Source: Clostridia bacterium (GTDB lineage: Bacteria > Bacillota > Clostridia > Oscillospirales > CAG-272). Taken from it: a stretch of DNA of 64,000 nt. The notes beneath the pieces are model-generated. The model did no database searches. It had not been told where the DNA came from and saw nothing but the letters and a program-made list of their open reading frames with translations. Made by a program: the position numbers and the translations under genes. The stretch spans positions 3,197 through 67,196 of the forward strand of contig JAFQEK010000126.1 of the NCBI GenBank assembly GCA_017399025.1. Direction: 5' to 3'. Below are positions 36,021 to 46,679 of this stretch, piece after piece; the first letter of the stretch is position 1; every line of letters starts with the position of its first letter.

Positions 36021-36857
36021 TTATATCAGATATCCGTCGATCTTTTTTTCAATGGCATCAATCATTTCCGCAAGCGCACCGTCTTTACAGTGGCACATAT
36101 GTAATCGGCAGATTTTTTTAATTTCATCCACCGCATTTTCGGGACAAACGGCAACATCGGCGCCCCGAAGCATTTCCACGTCATTGTGGAAATCTCCGAT
36201 GCACCACAGCTCGGTATGAGGGTAAAGTTTTTTCAAATACGGAAATTGCGTTGTTTTGGAAACACCTGCCGGCAAAATTTCCAAAATGGTTTTATCCGAA
36301 GTGGTTATATTGAATTCTTTTCCATAGCATTCTTGAAATTCAGACTGCAACGAAAGTAATTTGTGAGCATCCTCAGACACAAAAACGGCTTTGAATATCT
36401 TTTCATCTGCAAAATCATTGATAGGGCGAACAACCGCAAGATGTTCCAGATTGGAATCTTTCAAAAAACCAATCGCAACCGAATCCTCTTCGGGACAAAG
36501 AAAGCCTCTGTGAATCCCCGCCCGCATTCCGACATCATCGTATTTGCTTTTCACTGCCTTAAACGCTTCGATCAAAGGAATCGGATTCAGATAATGCGGA
36601 TTCAGAATTTTCTCGGTTACGGCATCAAAAAGATAACTTCCGTTACACAAAATGCAAGGCATATTGATATAAGGACGCAATTTTTCCGCAATTACAAAAA
36701 CATCTTTATGGCTGCGTCCCGTAGCAAGTGAAAAATGACCGCCGTTTTCGCAGAAATAACGAAGTTTTTCAAAATTGCGAGGATGGATGTATCGGGATTT
36801 CCAAAGAACGGTGCCGTCAATATCGGATGCTATCAAAATATTTTCAAATTTTTTCAT
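36021..36857 (-). CDS. Cof-type HAD-IIB phosphatase.
   Basis: Motif I is IASDIDGTVL and motif IV is GDFHNDVEML. I prefer ATG 36857 (MKKFENILIASDIDGT). The ORF-track start at 36896 is a TTG that overlaps the rluD stop. Confidence 0.82.
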   Translation of the reverse strand: MKKFENILIASDIDGTVLWKSRYIHPRNFEKLRYFCENGGHFSLATGRSHKDVFVIAEKLRPYINMPCILCNGSYLFDAVTEKILNPHYLNPIPLIEAFKAVKSKYDDVGMRAGIHRGFLCPEEDSVAIGFLKDSNLEHLAVVRPINDFADEKIFKAVFVSEDAHKLLSLQSEFQECYGKEFNITTSDKTILEILPAGVSKTTQFPYLKKLYPHTELWCIGDFHNDVEMLRGADVAVCPENAVDEIKKICRLHMCHCKDGALAEMIDAIEKKIDGYLI

Positions 36858-36892
36858 AAGCGTTTCTTTTCTTTCCAACAAAGGTTTCAATA

Positions 36893-37843
36893 TCAATCGG
36901 TCTTTCGGAGCGTTTCCAATATTTTATTAAAATAAGGAGGGATGTCGCAAACAAAGTGCATGGGTTCTCCCGTTCTCGGATGTGTGAGTAAAAGTTCTTT
37001 CGCATGAAGGCATTGTCCCTGTGTAACCCCTGCAAATTTATGATTTAAGGGAAGTTTGGGGCTTCCGTAAACAAAGTCTCCGAGCAACGGATGGTTTTTA
37101 TGGGAAAGATGTACACGAATCTGGTGTGTTCTCCCCGTTTCCAATTCACAGCGGATATACGAAGCGGAAGAAAACTGCTCCAGAACGCGAACGTGTGTAA
37201 CGGCATTTTTCGAATTTTTTTCGGTTACCGCCATTTTTTTCCGATCAACGGGATGTCTGCCGATCGGAAGATTGACCGTGAAGGACTCTTCTGTTTTTCC
37301 AATGGCAATTGCGTGATAGATACGAGAAACCTTGTGTTCCTTGATTTGTTCGGAAAGAGAGAGATGTGCGGCATCGTTTTTTGCAACGACAAGCAAACCG
37401 CTGGTATCTTTGTCAATACGATGCACAATACCGGGACGAATTACGCCGCCGATTGCAGAAAGCCGTTCCCCGCAATGATAAAGCAATGCGCTGACAAGCG
37501 TTCCCGTATAATTGCCGGCGGCAGGATGAACAACCATGCCTTTCGGTTTGTTTACGACAATAATATCCTCATCCTCATAAATAATATCTATCGGAATATT
37601 TTCTGCCTCCGCACGGCAGGGAACAGGCGCGGGATAACAGAATTCCACGCTGTCATCTTTACGGATTTTATAATTTTTGGCAACGGCAACACCATTGACG
37701 AAAACAAGTCCGTCCTGTAAAAGTTTTTGTGCCTGTGAACGGGTTAGGTCCTCCTCCGTTTCCGAAAGAAAGACGTCAAGGCGTTTGCCGATATCATCCA
37801 TTTCCGTTGTCAACGTTTTCTTGATTTGTTCCGTCATCTGCAA
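36893..37843 (-). CDS. rluD: RluA-family 23S rRNA pseudouridine synthase (RluD-like, N-terminal S4 domain).
   Basis: HRIDKDTSGLLVVAK is the catalytic Asp motif, and an S4-like N-terminus is present. The start is uncertain: ATG 37843 overlaps lspA by 50 nt, and ATG 37801 is an alternative. Confidence 0.85.
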   Translation of the reverse strand: MQMTEQIKKTLTTEMDDIGKRLDVFLSETEEDLTRSQAQKLLQDGLVFVNGVAVAKNYKIRKDDSVEFCYPAPVPCRAEAENIPIDIIYEDEDIIVVNKPKGMVVHPAAGNYTGTLVSALLYHCGERLSAIGGVIRPGIVHRIDKDTSGLLVVAKNDAAHLSLSEQIKEHKVSRIYHAIAIGKTEESFTVNLPIGRHPVDRKKMAVTEKNSKNAVTHVRVLEQFSSASYIRCELETGRTHQIRVHLSHKNHPLLGDFVYGSPKLPLNHKFAGVTQGQCLHAKELLLTHPRTGEPMHFVCDIPPYFNKILETLRKTD

Positions 37844-38336
37844 TTTTCACCTCTTCTGCTGTTTGCAGCGTTTGTTTTTTATCCACAAAAAGTTCTTTGT
37901 CAAAAAAGATCACATAAATCATCATAATGATCGCACCAAAAACAACACAGATATCGGCAACATTGAATATAGGGAAATCAATGAAAGTAAATTGCAGAAA
38001 ATCTACAACATACCCTAAAAATATACGGTCAATCATATTGCCGATCGCACCGCCGATAAACAGCGAGAGTGAAAGACCGAACAGAAAATGAAGTTTTCTG
38101 TAACGGTAAAGAATGATCGGCATGGCAATCAGAGCAAGAGAAGTAATCACCATAAAGACCCAACGGTGGTCGCTGAACATTCCCCAAGCCGCTCCGTAAT
38201 TATGAATATATTGAAAAGAAAAAATTTTTTTGATCAGTACAATCGATTGCCCATATTCCATGGTATTGACAACGATCAGTTTGGTTACCTGATCCAAAAT
38301 GACGGAAGCCGTAATAATCAAAATCCACAAAAGCAT
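37794..38336 (-). CDS. lspA: Lipoprotein signal peptidase (signal peptidase II).
   Basis: The ORF is 180 aa with four TM segments. It carries the NYGAAWGM and FNVADICV motifs. Confidence 0.9.
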   Translation of the reverse strand: MLLWILIITASVILDQVTKLIVVNTMEYGQSIVLIKKIFSFQYIHNYGAAWGMFSDHRWVFMVITSLALIAMPIILYRYRKLHFLFGLSLSLFIGGAIGNMIDRIFLGYVVDFLQFTFIDFPIFNVADICVVFGAIIMMIYVIFFDKELFVDKKQTLQTAEEVKIADDGTNQENVDNGNG

Positions 38337-38348
38337 GGCAAAACTCCT

Positions 38349-39143
38349 TTATTTCTTTTTCTTCATCGTAACACCCGCAACTGACGGATGGTCGAAATCC
38401 AACATAAACTGTTGCTCGGAAACACTTTTTTCTTCAAGCCGTGCATCATGATCTTCGTATTCTTCGATCAATTCCATGACGGTCGGTGTTTTTTTGACAT
38501 TTTTCTTCCTGGTTTGCGTACGCCTGGAACATGCACCCTCGGGGGTACATGTTTTTTCCGCTTCTTTCTCCGTACGGTTATTTTCCGTTTCTGATTCGGG
38601 AAAAATTCCATACTGCGCGGAAATTTTGCGCTTCAATTCCAGAACGATATGTTGTGCGTATGCATCGGGAGTCCAATTTTGTTCCCCATCTTGCTCCGGA
38701 AAAATATTTTCAATCCATTCAATATGCGTACGGTACTGTTCAAACAAATCATTTTTGAACTTCAAAATATTTTTCTTCATTTCCGCAAGCGCTTTTTCTT
38801 CCATTTCGGCTTTTTCCTTGAAATGCCTCAGAATGGAATCGCAATTCATTTGTACGGAAGCCAGAATATCGTCTGCCTTAATATAGGCATCTTCAATGAT
38901 CTTATCGCTTTGCGCTTGCGCTTTTTGCAGATTTTCCTGTGCAAGCGCTTGCTGACGGGTAAGCTCATTCAGCTTACCCGAAGTTTCGCGAAGCTGTTTC
39001 AACAGCGCAGCGTTCTCCCTGTATAAAAGGGAATAATTTTCGGTAAGACGTTGGATGTAATCGTCTACCTCGTTTGTATCATATCCCGAAGCGGTTTTGG
39101 AAAACGGCTGTGTGCAAAGCGATTCGGGTTTTATCGGTATCAT
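38349..39143 (-). CDS. DivIVA-domain protein.
   Basis: The N-terminus FSKTASGYDTNEVDDYIQRL is the DivIVA signature and is followed by a long coiled coil. The gene sits downstream of sepF. Confidence 0.82.
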   Translation of the reverse strand: MIPIKPESLCTQPFSKTASGYDTNEVDDYIQRLTENYSLLYRENAALLKQLRETSGKLNELTRQQALAQENLQKAQAQSDKIIEDAYIKADDILASVQMNCDSILRHFKEKAEMEEKALAEMKKNILKFKNDLFEQYRTHIEWIENIFPEQDGEQNWTPDAYAQHIVLELKRKISAQYGIFPESETENNRTEKEAEKTCTPEGACSRRTQTRKKNVKKTPTVMELIEEYEDHDARLEEKSVSEQQFMLDFDHPSVAGVTMKKKK

Positions 39144-39242
39144 GCAAAATTCTCCCTGTTTCTTGAGTCACATAATTTTGGGTTTTTCGGTTTTGCTCAA
39201 TAAATATGACGGGGCTATTTGCCCCGTCATTCTCTCTCCGGA

Positions 39243-39728
39243 TCAAAACAAGCTGTCGCTTGTCAAATCAGAGTTCGTATTCGTTGTCTGGTTGGCAAAA
39301 TTTTGCTGCGCTTCCGCAACTCTTACCTGTGTATCGGCAACATCAACATTGCAGGGTGTGATAATATAGGTATTGTTGGCAACGTTTTTCAACTGACCGT
39401 CAATGGAATATGCAACACCTGCAAGGAAGTCAATCAATCTTTTAGCAACTTCTCTGTTGGTCGCTTCCAGATTGAGAACAACAGTACAATGATTGAGCAA
39501 ATAGTCTGCAATTTCCGTTACATTTGCGAATGTTTCGGGTCTTACAACTTTAAGCTCAACGACGGAATCTTCCTGACCGGAAATACCGAGCGCGGGTTTT
39601 TGCGCTGCAACTTTAGCGGGAACGAGATTTTCTTCTTGCTTCACTTCTTCCTCCGTTTCTTCTTTTCCGTAATCATCCCCGTAAGGATCTACGGAAACCA
39701 TGCCTTTGATTTTATCAAATAAGCCCAT
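39243..39728 (-). CDS. sepF: Cell-division protein SepF.
   Basis: The ORF is 161 aa. The C-terminal domain reads VVRPETFANVTEIADYLLNHCTVVLNLE...AKRLIDFLAGVAYSIDGQ. Confidence 0.9.
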   Translation of the reverse strand: MGLFDKIKGMVSVDPYGDDYGKEETEEEVKQEENLVPAKVAAQKPALGISGQEDSVVELKVVRPETFANVTEIADYLLNHCTVVLNLEATNREVAKRLIDFLAGVAYSIDGQLKNVANNTYIITPCNVDVADTQVRVAEAQQNFANQTTNTNSDLTSDSLF

Positions 39729-39885
39729 TTTATACCTCCGAACATATCTCTTTTACGGAATATTGATTTCTCAATATCGCATAAATATTAAAATTATAAC
39801 TTCTATAACATTATAACATAATCCATAGTTAAATTGCAATCTGTTTTTTGAAAAAAAGTAAAAAAATTGTGAATCAAAAAAATGG

Positions 39886-40587
39886 TTATTCTTTTTTGGG
39901 CAATACGTTCCGTTTTCCGAAAATACCTTCTCCGATCCGGATGATGTCAGAGCCGTTTTCCAGAGCCTGCGAGAAGCTTCCCGACATTCCCATGGAAAGA
40001 ATAGGCTTTTCCTCTTGCGGAAAATACGCCGGGAAAATACGATTTTTCAAAAGATTCATTTCCGAAAAATAGCGGTTATATTCATTTTTATCCTCACAAA
40101 CAGGCGCAATCGTCATCAGTCCGTGCACAGATATATTCGGATATCCCGAAAGAACACGGCAAAAGTCATCCAGCGCTTCCGGGAAAATCCCGCTTTTCGC
40201 TTCTTCTCTGCCGATATTCACTTCAATGAGCACGGGCATAATCTTTCCGATCTTTTCTGCCCGTTTTTGAATTTCTTCGGCAAGTCCTTCGCTGTCGAGT
40301 GATTCAATCATGTCAACCTTGTCAATAATATATTTGACTTTATTTTTTTGCAGAGTACCGATAAAGTGGACTTCTGCCGTTTTGTCGATTTCTTCATACC
40401 GTGAAAGCAACTCCTGCACACGGTTTTCTCCGACCAGTGTAATGCCGCATTCACGGATTACAAAATTGATTTCTTCCGCGGTTCTCGTTTTAATCACAGC
40501 CATAAGATTGGTATTCGGATAATCGGCCAGATCCTTACGAATACGTGCAATATTTTCACGGATTTCCGCTTGTTTCGCTTCTGTCAT
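39886..40587 (-). CDS. yggS: YggS-family pyridoxal-phosphate homeostasis protein.
   Basis: The ORF is 233 aa. It carries AVIKTRT (the PLP Lys context), HFIGTLQKNK and SMGMSGSF. Confidence 0.9.
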   Translation of the reverse strand: MTEAKQAEIRENIARIRKDLADYPNTNLMAVIKTRTAEEINFVIRECGITLVGENRVQELLSRYEEIDKTAEVHFIGTLQKNKVKYIIDKVDMIESLDSEGLAEEIQKRAEKIGKIMPVLIEVNIGREEAKSGIFPEALDDFCRVLSGYPNISVHGLMTIAPVCEDKNEYNRYFSEMNLLKNRIFPAYFPQEEKPILSMGMSGSFSQALENGSDIIRIGEGIFGKRNVLPKKE

Positions 40588-40611
40588 GATAGTTTCCTTT
40601 CTGAAAATGGA

Positions 40612-41829
40612 CTAATCTATAAATTTATTTTCGTACAGATCGGTATCGTTGATGATAATAAGGTCATTAAGCGCAAGCATATTGTCGTTATTATCTTTAT
40701 TTGCGGAAACAATATAGTAACCGTTTTGTTCCCATAAAATAATTACTTCTCTGCGCACGGCACATCCCTCCTTAAAAACATATACAAATGTTTTTCCTTT
40801 GTCCGCACGGACCACCTCTGTCGGAATGCGAAAACCCTCGTAAGAGCCTCTGGTTGCCTGCATACGCTGTACACGGGTAATATCAAAATCTCTCGGCATG
40901 GAGGAAGAGTAAAATACGAGCAATGTCTGCGCCGATTGCGTTTCTTTTGAAACAAGCTTCATCGGAATGGTTTCCGTATAGCCGTTATCCAGGAACAAAC
41001 AATCGTAAATTGTGCCGATGAGAAACCCGTCCGCATTTTCTTCCGGCACTTTTGCGGCATAATACCATTGCGCACTCGTTACCAATGTGCCGACCGTATT
41101 TGCTCTGTTGACAGGCGCGGTCATGCTCAGCAAATCAAATTGCTCCGTTGTCAAAGATTGCGCGGCTTCCGTTGTGAAAATATCTTCATAGCCGTCCGTT
41201 TGCGAATAGAAATATCCCGAAGTAGACGTCAAAATACTCTCGGCAGGCGTCCCCAGAGAAGAAACCAACGCAGCTTTTTGATTTTCCAGTTCGGCAATAT
41301 CCGCCGTATAATCATTTTTTCCCGAAACAAGCAATTCTTTTTTTGCCATCAGCACAAGAAGTTCGTCGCTGAGCGCATTTGCCGCGGTAGGATCTCCGGA
41401 TGCATTTTTTTGCGTAATTTCATAAGAAACCAATTCAATTTTCTGATTGACCTCCCCAACGGTCAGTTTTCCGAGCGACATAGCGGAACGAAAAATTTCG
41501 ATTTGCTTTTTGATATCCGAAATCCGGGAAAAAACCTCCTTATTTCCGAAAGGATACACATCCGCAACGGCGCGGTTGGCAGGAATTTTTTCTCCGTCAT
41601 AATAATGATAGTTACAGGAACCCGATATTTGGGATGTGAGAACCGTTTCTTCTCTGAAAATATATCCCGTAAAAATCTGACTGTCATTTGCGGTATAAGG
41701 ACGAACCGCAAAAAATTCGGCTTCGGGACGCAATCTGTGGGCAATATGATAAATGAGATAAACAGCTGCAAGCAAACAAAGAGCGACGGTCAGGATTTTT
41801 TTAGAAATATTGGTATTGCCGTTTTTCAT
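40612..41829 (-). CDS. Membrane-anchored hypothetical protein (HlyD/barrel-sandwich-like adaptor; tentative).
   Basis: The ORF is 405 aa with an N-terminal TM (ILTVALCLLAAVYLIYHI), a central coiled-coil-like stretch and a beta-rich C-terminus. The family assignment comes from overall architecture only. Confidence 0.45.
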   Translation of the reverse strand: MKNGNTNISKKILTVALCLLAAVYLIYHIAHRLRPEAEFFAVRPYTANDSQIFTGYIFREETVLTSQISGSCNYHYYDGEKIPANRAVADVYPFGNKEVFSRISDIKKQIEIFRSAMSLGKLTVGEVNQKIELVSYEITQKNASGDPTAANALSDELLVLMAKKELLVSGKNDYTADIAELENQKAALVSSLGTPAESILTSTSGYFYSQTDGYEDIFTTEAAQSLTTEQFDLLSMTAPVNRANTVGTLVTSAQWYYAAKVPEENADGFLIGTIYDCLFLDNGYTETIPMKLVSKETQSAQTLLVFYSSSMPRDFDITRVQRMQATRGSYEGFRIPTEVVRADKGKTFVYVFKEGCAVRREVIILWEQNGYYIVSANKDNNDNMLALNDLIIINDTDLYENKFID

Positions 41830-41841
41830 GGTCCGCTCCTT

Positions 41842-42816
41842 TTATGTATTCCGTGCGTTTACGGCGTGAATATCTATAATCGCATGCGCGGCAGAAACCA
41901 ATTGATCGCTGTCCTCATAACGTTCATCGTCGGGATACAGCCAATGGATGTCCGGATTGCGGCGAAACCAGGTAAGCTGTCTTTTGGCATAATGTCTTGT
42001 TGCGGTTTTGATGGCATCGGCAGCTTCTTTTTTCGTCATTTCTCCGCGCAGATAACCGAGAAGCTCCTTGTAACCGATCGCCCCTCCCGCTGTGGTATTG
42101 GGAGAAAGATATCCGGCATTCCAAAGATCACGGACTTCCTGTTCCAAACCTGTCGCAAACATTTCATCCACGCGCATGTGAATACGCGCATACAAATTTT
42201 CGCGGTTTCTGTAATCAAGCGCAAGAATACATGCGGAATACGGTGATTCGTTTTTGACCGCTTTTTTGTCCCACTCCGTTTTCGTCATACCGGAAAGGCG
42301 GCAGATTTCCAACGCACGGACAACACGTTTGACATTATTCGGATGGATTGCCTGTGCTGCTTCGGGATCTACGGCAGTCAAACGGTCATGGAGTGCTTGC
42401 GTTCCTTCTTTTTCCGCAAACGCCAAAAGTTCTGCACGATAGGAGGGATCGGAATCCATTTCTCCGAAATCTACACCTTTCAGAACGGAATCCAGATATA
42501 ATCCGGTGCCGCCGCACAGAATGGGCATTTTTCCTCTTGCGTAAACGTCCGCAATCGCCTGCGTTGCCAATTCGGCAAAAGCGGCGGCTGAAAAGTCTGT
42601 ATTCGGTTCGCAAATATCAATCAGATGGTGAGGAATCTCGCTGCGTTCGCGAAGAGAAGGCTTTGCCGTACCAATATCCATTCCTTTATAAATCTGCATG
42701 GAATCGCAGGAGATCAGTTCTCCGTTATAATCATGGCAAAGACGAAGCGCGAGCGCGCTCTTTCCGCTTGCCGTGGGACCTGCCACCGCAATCACGGGGA
42801 TTTTAGAATTCATCAT
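41842..42816 (-). CDS. miaA: tRNA dimethylallyltransferase.
   Basis: The P-loop AVAGPTASGKSALA, the DSMQIYKGMDIGTAKP motif and the length (324 aa) all fit. Confidence 0.93.
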   Translation of the reverse strand: MMNSKIPVIAVAGPTASGKSALALRLCHDYNGELISCDSMQIYKGMDIGTAKPSLRERSEIPHHLIDICEPNTDFSAAAFAELATQAIADVYARGKMPILCGGTGLYLDSVLKGVDFGEMDSDPSYRAELLAFAEKEGTQALHDRLTAVDPEAAQAIHPNNVKRVVRALEICRLSGMTKTEWDKKAVKNESPYSACILALDYRNRENLYARIHMRVDEMFATGLEQEVRDLWNAGYLSPNTTAGGAIGYKELLGYLRGEMTKKEAADAIKTATRHYAKRQLTWFRRNPDIHWLYPDDERYEDSDQLVSAAHAIIDIHAVNARNT

Positions 42817-42873
42817 TTTTTACCTCTTTCGGTTTTATAACATAGTAAAAAAGCATATAATACAGAATAAAGA

Positions 42874-44142
42874 TCAACTTTCGTTCCAGCTGTTTGCTTC
42901 ATCTGTAAAATTTTCAATTTTTGCAGAAAAGCAAGGAATTTTTCCATCGGCCGCATTCTCACGCAAGCAAAGCTTTTGCAACATGCCCTCTGTATACACG
43001 GGACAAGAAACATCCGTAAAAACACAACGTAAAACATCAACCGACAGTGTTTTTGCCAAAGGCGTATCACCGCCGATGATCTTTACACCGTACTCGTTGT
43101 TCTCACACTGACAATCTGAAAGCGTAATGTCGGCAAACTGTGTTTTTCCTCCGGCTTCCGTCTGATGTATCGCAAAACCTGCCAATGTATCGTTTCTGCT
43201 CACACAGTTCAGAACTTCGGTACCAACGGCATTTTCAAAATAAAATCCGTAATGCTGCGCCTCCGAAGATACACATGAGTCATAAACGGCATTTCTTGCC
43301 ATCAATCCACCGTAATTATAGAGATTTCCCCGTGAAACACAATCCCGGAGCAAAAGTTCTTCCACACGCTCGGTTCCGTAGCGTTCATCGCTGAAAAGTC
43401 CTTGATGCTCAAAGAAAAATCCAAATTTTCGATTATCCTCTGCGGTACAGCCGACAATCTGTATACTTTCTTCCTCACAATAACCAAAGCCAATACCGAA
43501 GCCGGAAGCACCCGTACTTTCGACGGTTGCGCCTTTTCCGCATCCGATGGCTGTACAGTCAGTCATACTGCTGTCAATAGGGCAGTCCACGCCAAATCCT
43601 GTAGCATCGGTATATTGAACCGTTACATTTTTCCAATGGCAATTACGGAACAGATTGAACATAAAGCCCTTACCTGCGGATGTATAAATACGGCAGGATG
43701 TCTGCGAACCGTCGATCACAAAATTTTCAAACCGACAGTTTTCCAGATAGACAGCTTCTCCGATATCCAGATATTCGTTGAAATAAAACATATCCAATCC
43801 CGCATAAGAATCACCTGTCGGTTTCAACACGGTTGTTTCACCGTCTCCGATAATATGTACATTGGATTTCATTTTGATACAATGAGAACCCAGAAGCTGT
43901 GTTCCGTTTTTAGCAAATTCATATTCTCCGGAGGGGATATAAACCGTGCCTCCTTTTTCTGAAAGCATATCAATCAGGTTCTGCAAAATTTTACTGTTTT
44001 CTTCCCCCGTATTTTCTGCTGAAAGTCCATATTCGGATGCATTCAAAAAGTCTTCTCGGTGATCTTGGGAACCAGACGGAGAACACCCGAATATAAAAAG
44101 CGAAAATATCATCACACAAAGAAAAATTTTTGCGGTTTTCAT
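42874..44142 (-). CDS. Lipoprotein with a right-handed parallel beta-helix (pectate-lyase-3 / tailspike-like fold).
   Basis: The signal peptide and lipobox read MKTAKIFLCVMIFSLFIFGC. GGTVYIPSGEYEF is a typical N-terminal cap of pectate_lyase_3 domains. Repetitive Gly/Asn/Cys-containing beta-strand turns follow. Confidence 0.55.
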   Translation of the reverse strand: MKTAKIFLCVMIFSLFIFGCSPSGSQDHREDFLNASEYGLSAENTGEENSKILQNLIDMLSEKGGTVYIPSGEYEFAKNGTQLLGSHCIKMKSNVHIIGDGETTVLKPTGDSYAGLDMFYFNEYLDIGEAVYLENCRFENFVIDGSQTSCRIYTSAGKGFMFNLFRNCHWKNVTVQYTDATGFGVDCPIDSSMTDCTAIGCGKGATVESTGASGFGIGFGYCEEESIQIVGCTAEDNRKFGFFFEHQGLFSDERYGTERVEELLLRDCVSRGNLYNYGGLMARNAVYDSCVSSEAQHYGFYFENAVGTEVLNCVSRNDTLAGFAIHQTEAGGKTQFADITLSDCQCENNEYGVKIIGGDTPLAKTLSVDVLRCVFTDVSCPVYTEGMLQKLCLRENAADGKIPCFSAKIENFTDEANSWNES

Positions 44143-44286
44143 ATCTTAAAACTCCTTTTTTTGTGCCGAATCCAATTCGTCAAAAAAGCATTGCATTTCC
44201 ACGATATCCGGAAAGCAATCATAATGAAAAAACGCAGCTGTTTTCCTGCCTAAGAAAGTGCTTCATTTGAATTGTTTCACACGCTT

Positions 44287-45378
44287 TTATTGAATAAGCA
44301 TCGCATCGCCAAAAGAGAAAAATCTGTATCTTTCCCTGACGGCGGTTTCATAAGCGTTCATCACGATTTCACGGTTCGAAAATGCGGAAACGAGCATGAT
44401 GAGCGTACTTTGCGGCAGATGGAAATTGGTAACCAAGGCATCGACTGCTTTGAAGCGATAACCGGGATAAATAAAGATTCCTGTATCTTCACACATGGCA
44501 TGAACGATACCGCTTTCATCGGATGCGCTCTCCAACGTACGGCAGGACGTTGTGCCGACAGCAATAATTCTGCCTCCGTTTTTTCTGGCACGATTGATTT
44601 TTTCGGCGCTTTCCTCGGTTACGGTAAAAAATTCGCTGTGCATGACGTGGTCGGTAATACAATCCGCTTTTACGGGACGGAACGTTCCGAGTCCGACGTG
44701 GAGCATGACGGGCGCGATTTCAATACCCATCGCGCTGATTTTTTCAAGCAGTTCTTCCGTAAAATGCAATCCTGCAGTGGGGGCTGCGGCAGAGCCTTCT
44801 TCCCTTGCATAAACAGTCTGATAATCGCTGTTTCTCTGAAGCTCCTGCGTAATGTAAGGGGGCAAGGGCATTTTCCCAATTTCATCCAGAATGGAGTAAA
44901 GGTTTTTTCCGTTTGTCCGATCGTATTCAAAGCGGACGATTCTGTTTCCTTCTTCCGTCACATCTTCGATCACTGCTTCCAGCAAGCCGTCTCCAAAGCG
45001 CACACGTGCACCCGTTTTCAGTCTTTTTCCCGGACGGACAATCGTTTCCCAGAGATCAAGAGAACGTTGGCGCAGGAGCAAAAATTCGCAGTCGGCACCT
45101 TCAGTCAGATCTTCTCTTATTTTTTTACCGTAGATGCGCGCGGGAATCACCTTGGAATCATTAATGACGAGAACATCGCCGGGGTTAAGATATTCTGTGA
45201 TATCATGAAAGATCCGATGCGAAATTTCACCGCTCTCTTTATCCAGAACCATCAGTCTTGCGGCATCGCGCTGTTCCGTCGGATATTGCGCGATCAGTTC
45301 TGTGGGCAGATCGTAATCGAAATCGGAAGTTTTTAATTCGGTTTTTGTAAGATCGTTTTTAATCATAATCGTATTCAA
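44287..45378 (-). CDS. queA: S-adenosylmethionine:tRNA ribosyltransferase-isomerase.
   Basis: [14 protein letters not shown] at the N-terminus, [10 protein letters not shown] and the length (363 aa) all fit. Confidence 0.93.
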   Translation of the reverse strand: MNTIMIKNDLTKTELKTSDFDYDLPTELIAQYPTEQRDAARLMVLDKESGEISHRIFHDITEYLNPGDVLVINDSKVIPARIYGKKIREDLTEGADCEFLLLRQRSLDLWETIVRPGKRLKTGARVRFGDGLLEAVIEDVTEEGNRIVRFEYDRTNGKNLYSILDEIGKMPLPPYITQELQRNSDYQTVYAREEGSAAAPTAGLHFTEELLEKISAMGIEIAPVMLHVGLGTFRPVKADCITDHVMHSEFFTVTEESAEKINRARKNGGRIIAVGTTSCRTLESASDESGIVHAMCEDTGIFIYPGYRFKAVDALVTNFHLPQSTLIMLVSAFSNREIVMNAYETAVRERYRFFSFGDAMLIQ

Positions 45379-45450
45379 GCCTTTATTTTCAAAAATATTA
45401 AAAAATATTAGTTATTATATCATATCCGTAAAAAAGATACAATATAAATT

Positions 45451-45996
45451 TTATGAATTTTCCGATTCCTCTCGCTTTTGTTCCAGCACCTCCAGAAATT
45501 CGTTCAGATCGGCTTCCAGGCGCATCAGATCATCGCCGAGACACACCCATTCCGTCCAGAAGGATTTATATGTCCGGACGAGCATAACGCAGGTAAAGGC
45601 AACGGAACGCTTGCTCTCATCTTCGCTTTTGCGGAGTGCTTCGTCGTTTTCCAGCTGTTCTGCTTCTTCTTCCGTTTCGCAAGCACCGATCAGTTCTCTG
45701 TTTTCCTGAGCCAAGCGCTGATCCTTTGCCAATTCCTCTTCCGTCTTCCGGCGTTTGACGGTAATCATTGCACGGCTGAGATAACCGGATTCGAATTTTT
45801 TTGTTTTGTCATTTGAAAAAATTTCAAAACGCGCTTGCGCTTCGTTTTCTTTCTGACCGAATTCGAGATCAAGCTCATAACCCAATGACTGAAATTCGGA
45901 ATTTCTGTTTTTACAGATTCGTGCAACTTCTTCCACAAATTTCTGTTCTTCTGCGTAAATTTCTTCCGTAGTAATTTTTTTGCGTTTGATTTCCAT
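45451..45996 (-). CDS. Hypothetical acidic protein.
   Basis: The ORF is 181 aa, Glu/Lys-rich, with no TM segments. I recognise no motif. Confidence 0.5.
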   Translation of the reverse strand: MEIKRKKITTEEIYAEEQKFVEEVARICKNRNSEFQSLGYELDLEFGQKENEAQARFEIFSNDKTKKFESGYLSRAMITVKRRKTEEELAKDQRLAQENRELIGACETEEEAEQLENDEALRKSEDESKRSVAFTCVMLVRTYKSFWTEWVCLGDDLMRLEADLNEFLEVLEQKREESENS

Positions 45997-46132
45997 TTAT
46001 ATAAATCTCCTTTTTATGAAATTTTTTGAAAAAATTTTCAGTTTTTTTGCGTATCTTTATAAAAAAATGTTGAAAAATTAATTTTTTAGGTATACAATAG
46101 AAAAGAACTTATAAAAAGAAAGGATCAGAACT

Positions 46133-46402
46133 ATGCCCATGTACCAACCCGATCAAACCGTCACCTTCCCTCTTGCGAGTGACAAGGAAAGACAAAACAG
46201 AATGATTTTACAGGAGGTGTATTCTGCGCTTCTCGAAAAAGGCTATAACCCCATCAATCAGATCGTCGGTTATCTTCTTTCTGAGGATCCCACATACATT
46301 ACCAACTATAAGAACGCAAGAAGCCTTATCCGAAAAATTGACCGCGACGATCTTCTCGGCAGTATGCTGAAAGAATATCTGCAAAATAATCACTCCCTTT
46401 AA
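46133..46402 (+). CDS. IreB-family regulatory phosphoprotein (UPF0297).
   Basis: The ORF is 89 aa. [51 protein letters not shown] matches the UPF0297 core. Confidence 0.85.
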   Translation: MPMYQPDQTVTFPLASDKERQNRMILQEVYSALLEKGYNPINQIVGYLLSEDPTYITNYKNARSLIRKIDRDDLLGSMLKEYLQNNHSL

Positions 46403-46679
46403 TATTATAATAGAACTGCACCGCAAATTGCAATAGTTTTTTGTAAAAAGAAAAATCGGACGGAAAGAAAGCGGAAAAACAGCTTTGTTTCTGTCTGTTT
46501 TTTTACCGGAATAAAATTTCTGTTCGTTTTTTCCCTCAGAGCGTTTTTCCAATAAAACAAAATGGGAAAAAGCATGAAAAATCTTATCAAAATCCCTGAT
46601 AAGGGTTTGATTTTTATAAAAAAATATGATAAGATAAAAGAAAAGTTCTCTTAACAAAAAACAGGAAGGAACGATCTTT

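Noticed and set aside
46403-46679. The SOS (LexA/Cheo) box expected upstream of lexA.
   Set aside because: No GAAC-N4-GTTC-type palindrome is present. The closest match, AGAAAAGTTCT at about 46648-46658, has the wrong half-site spacing. I cannot support an operator call.
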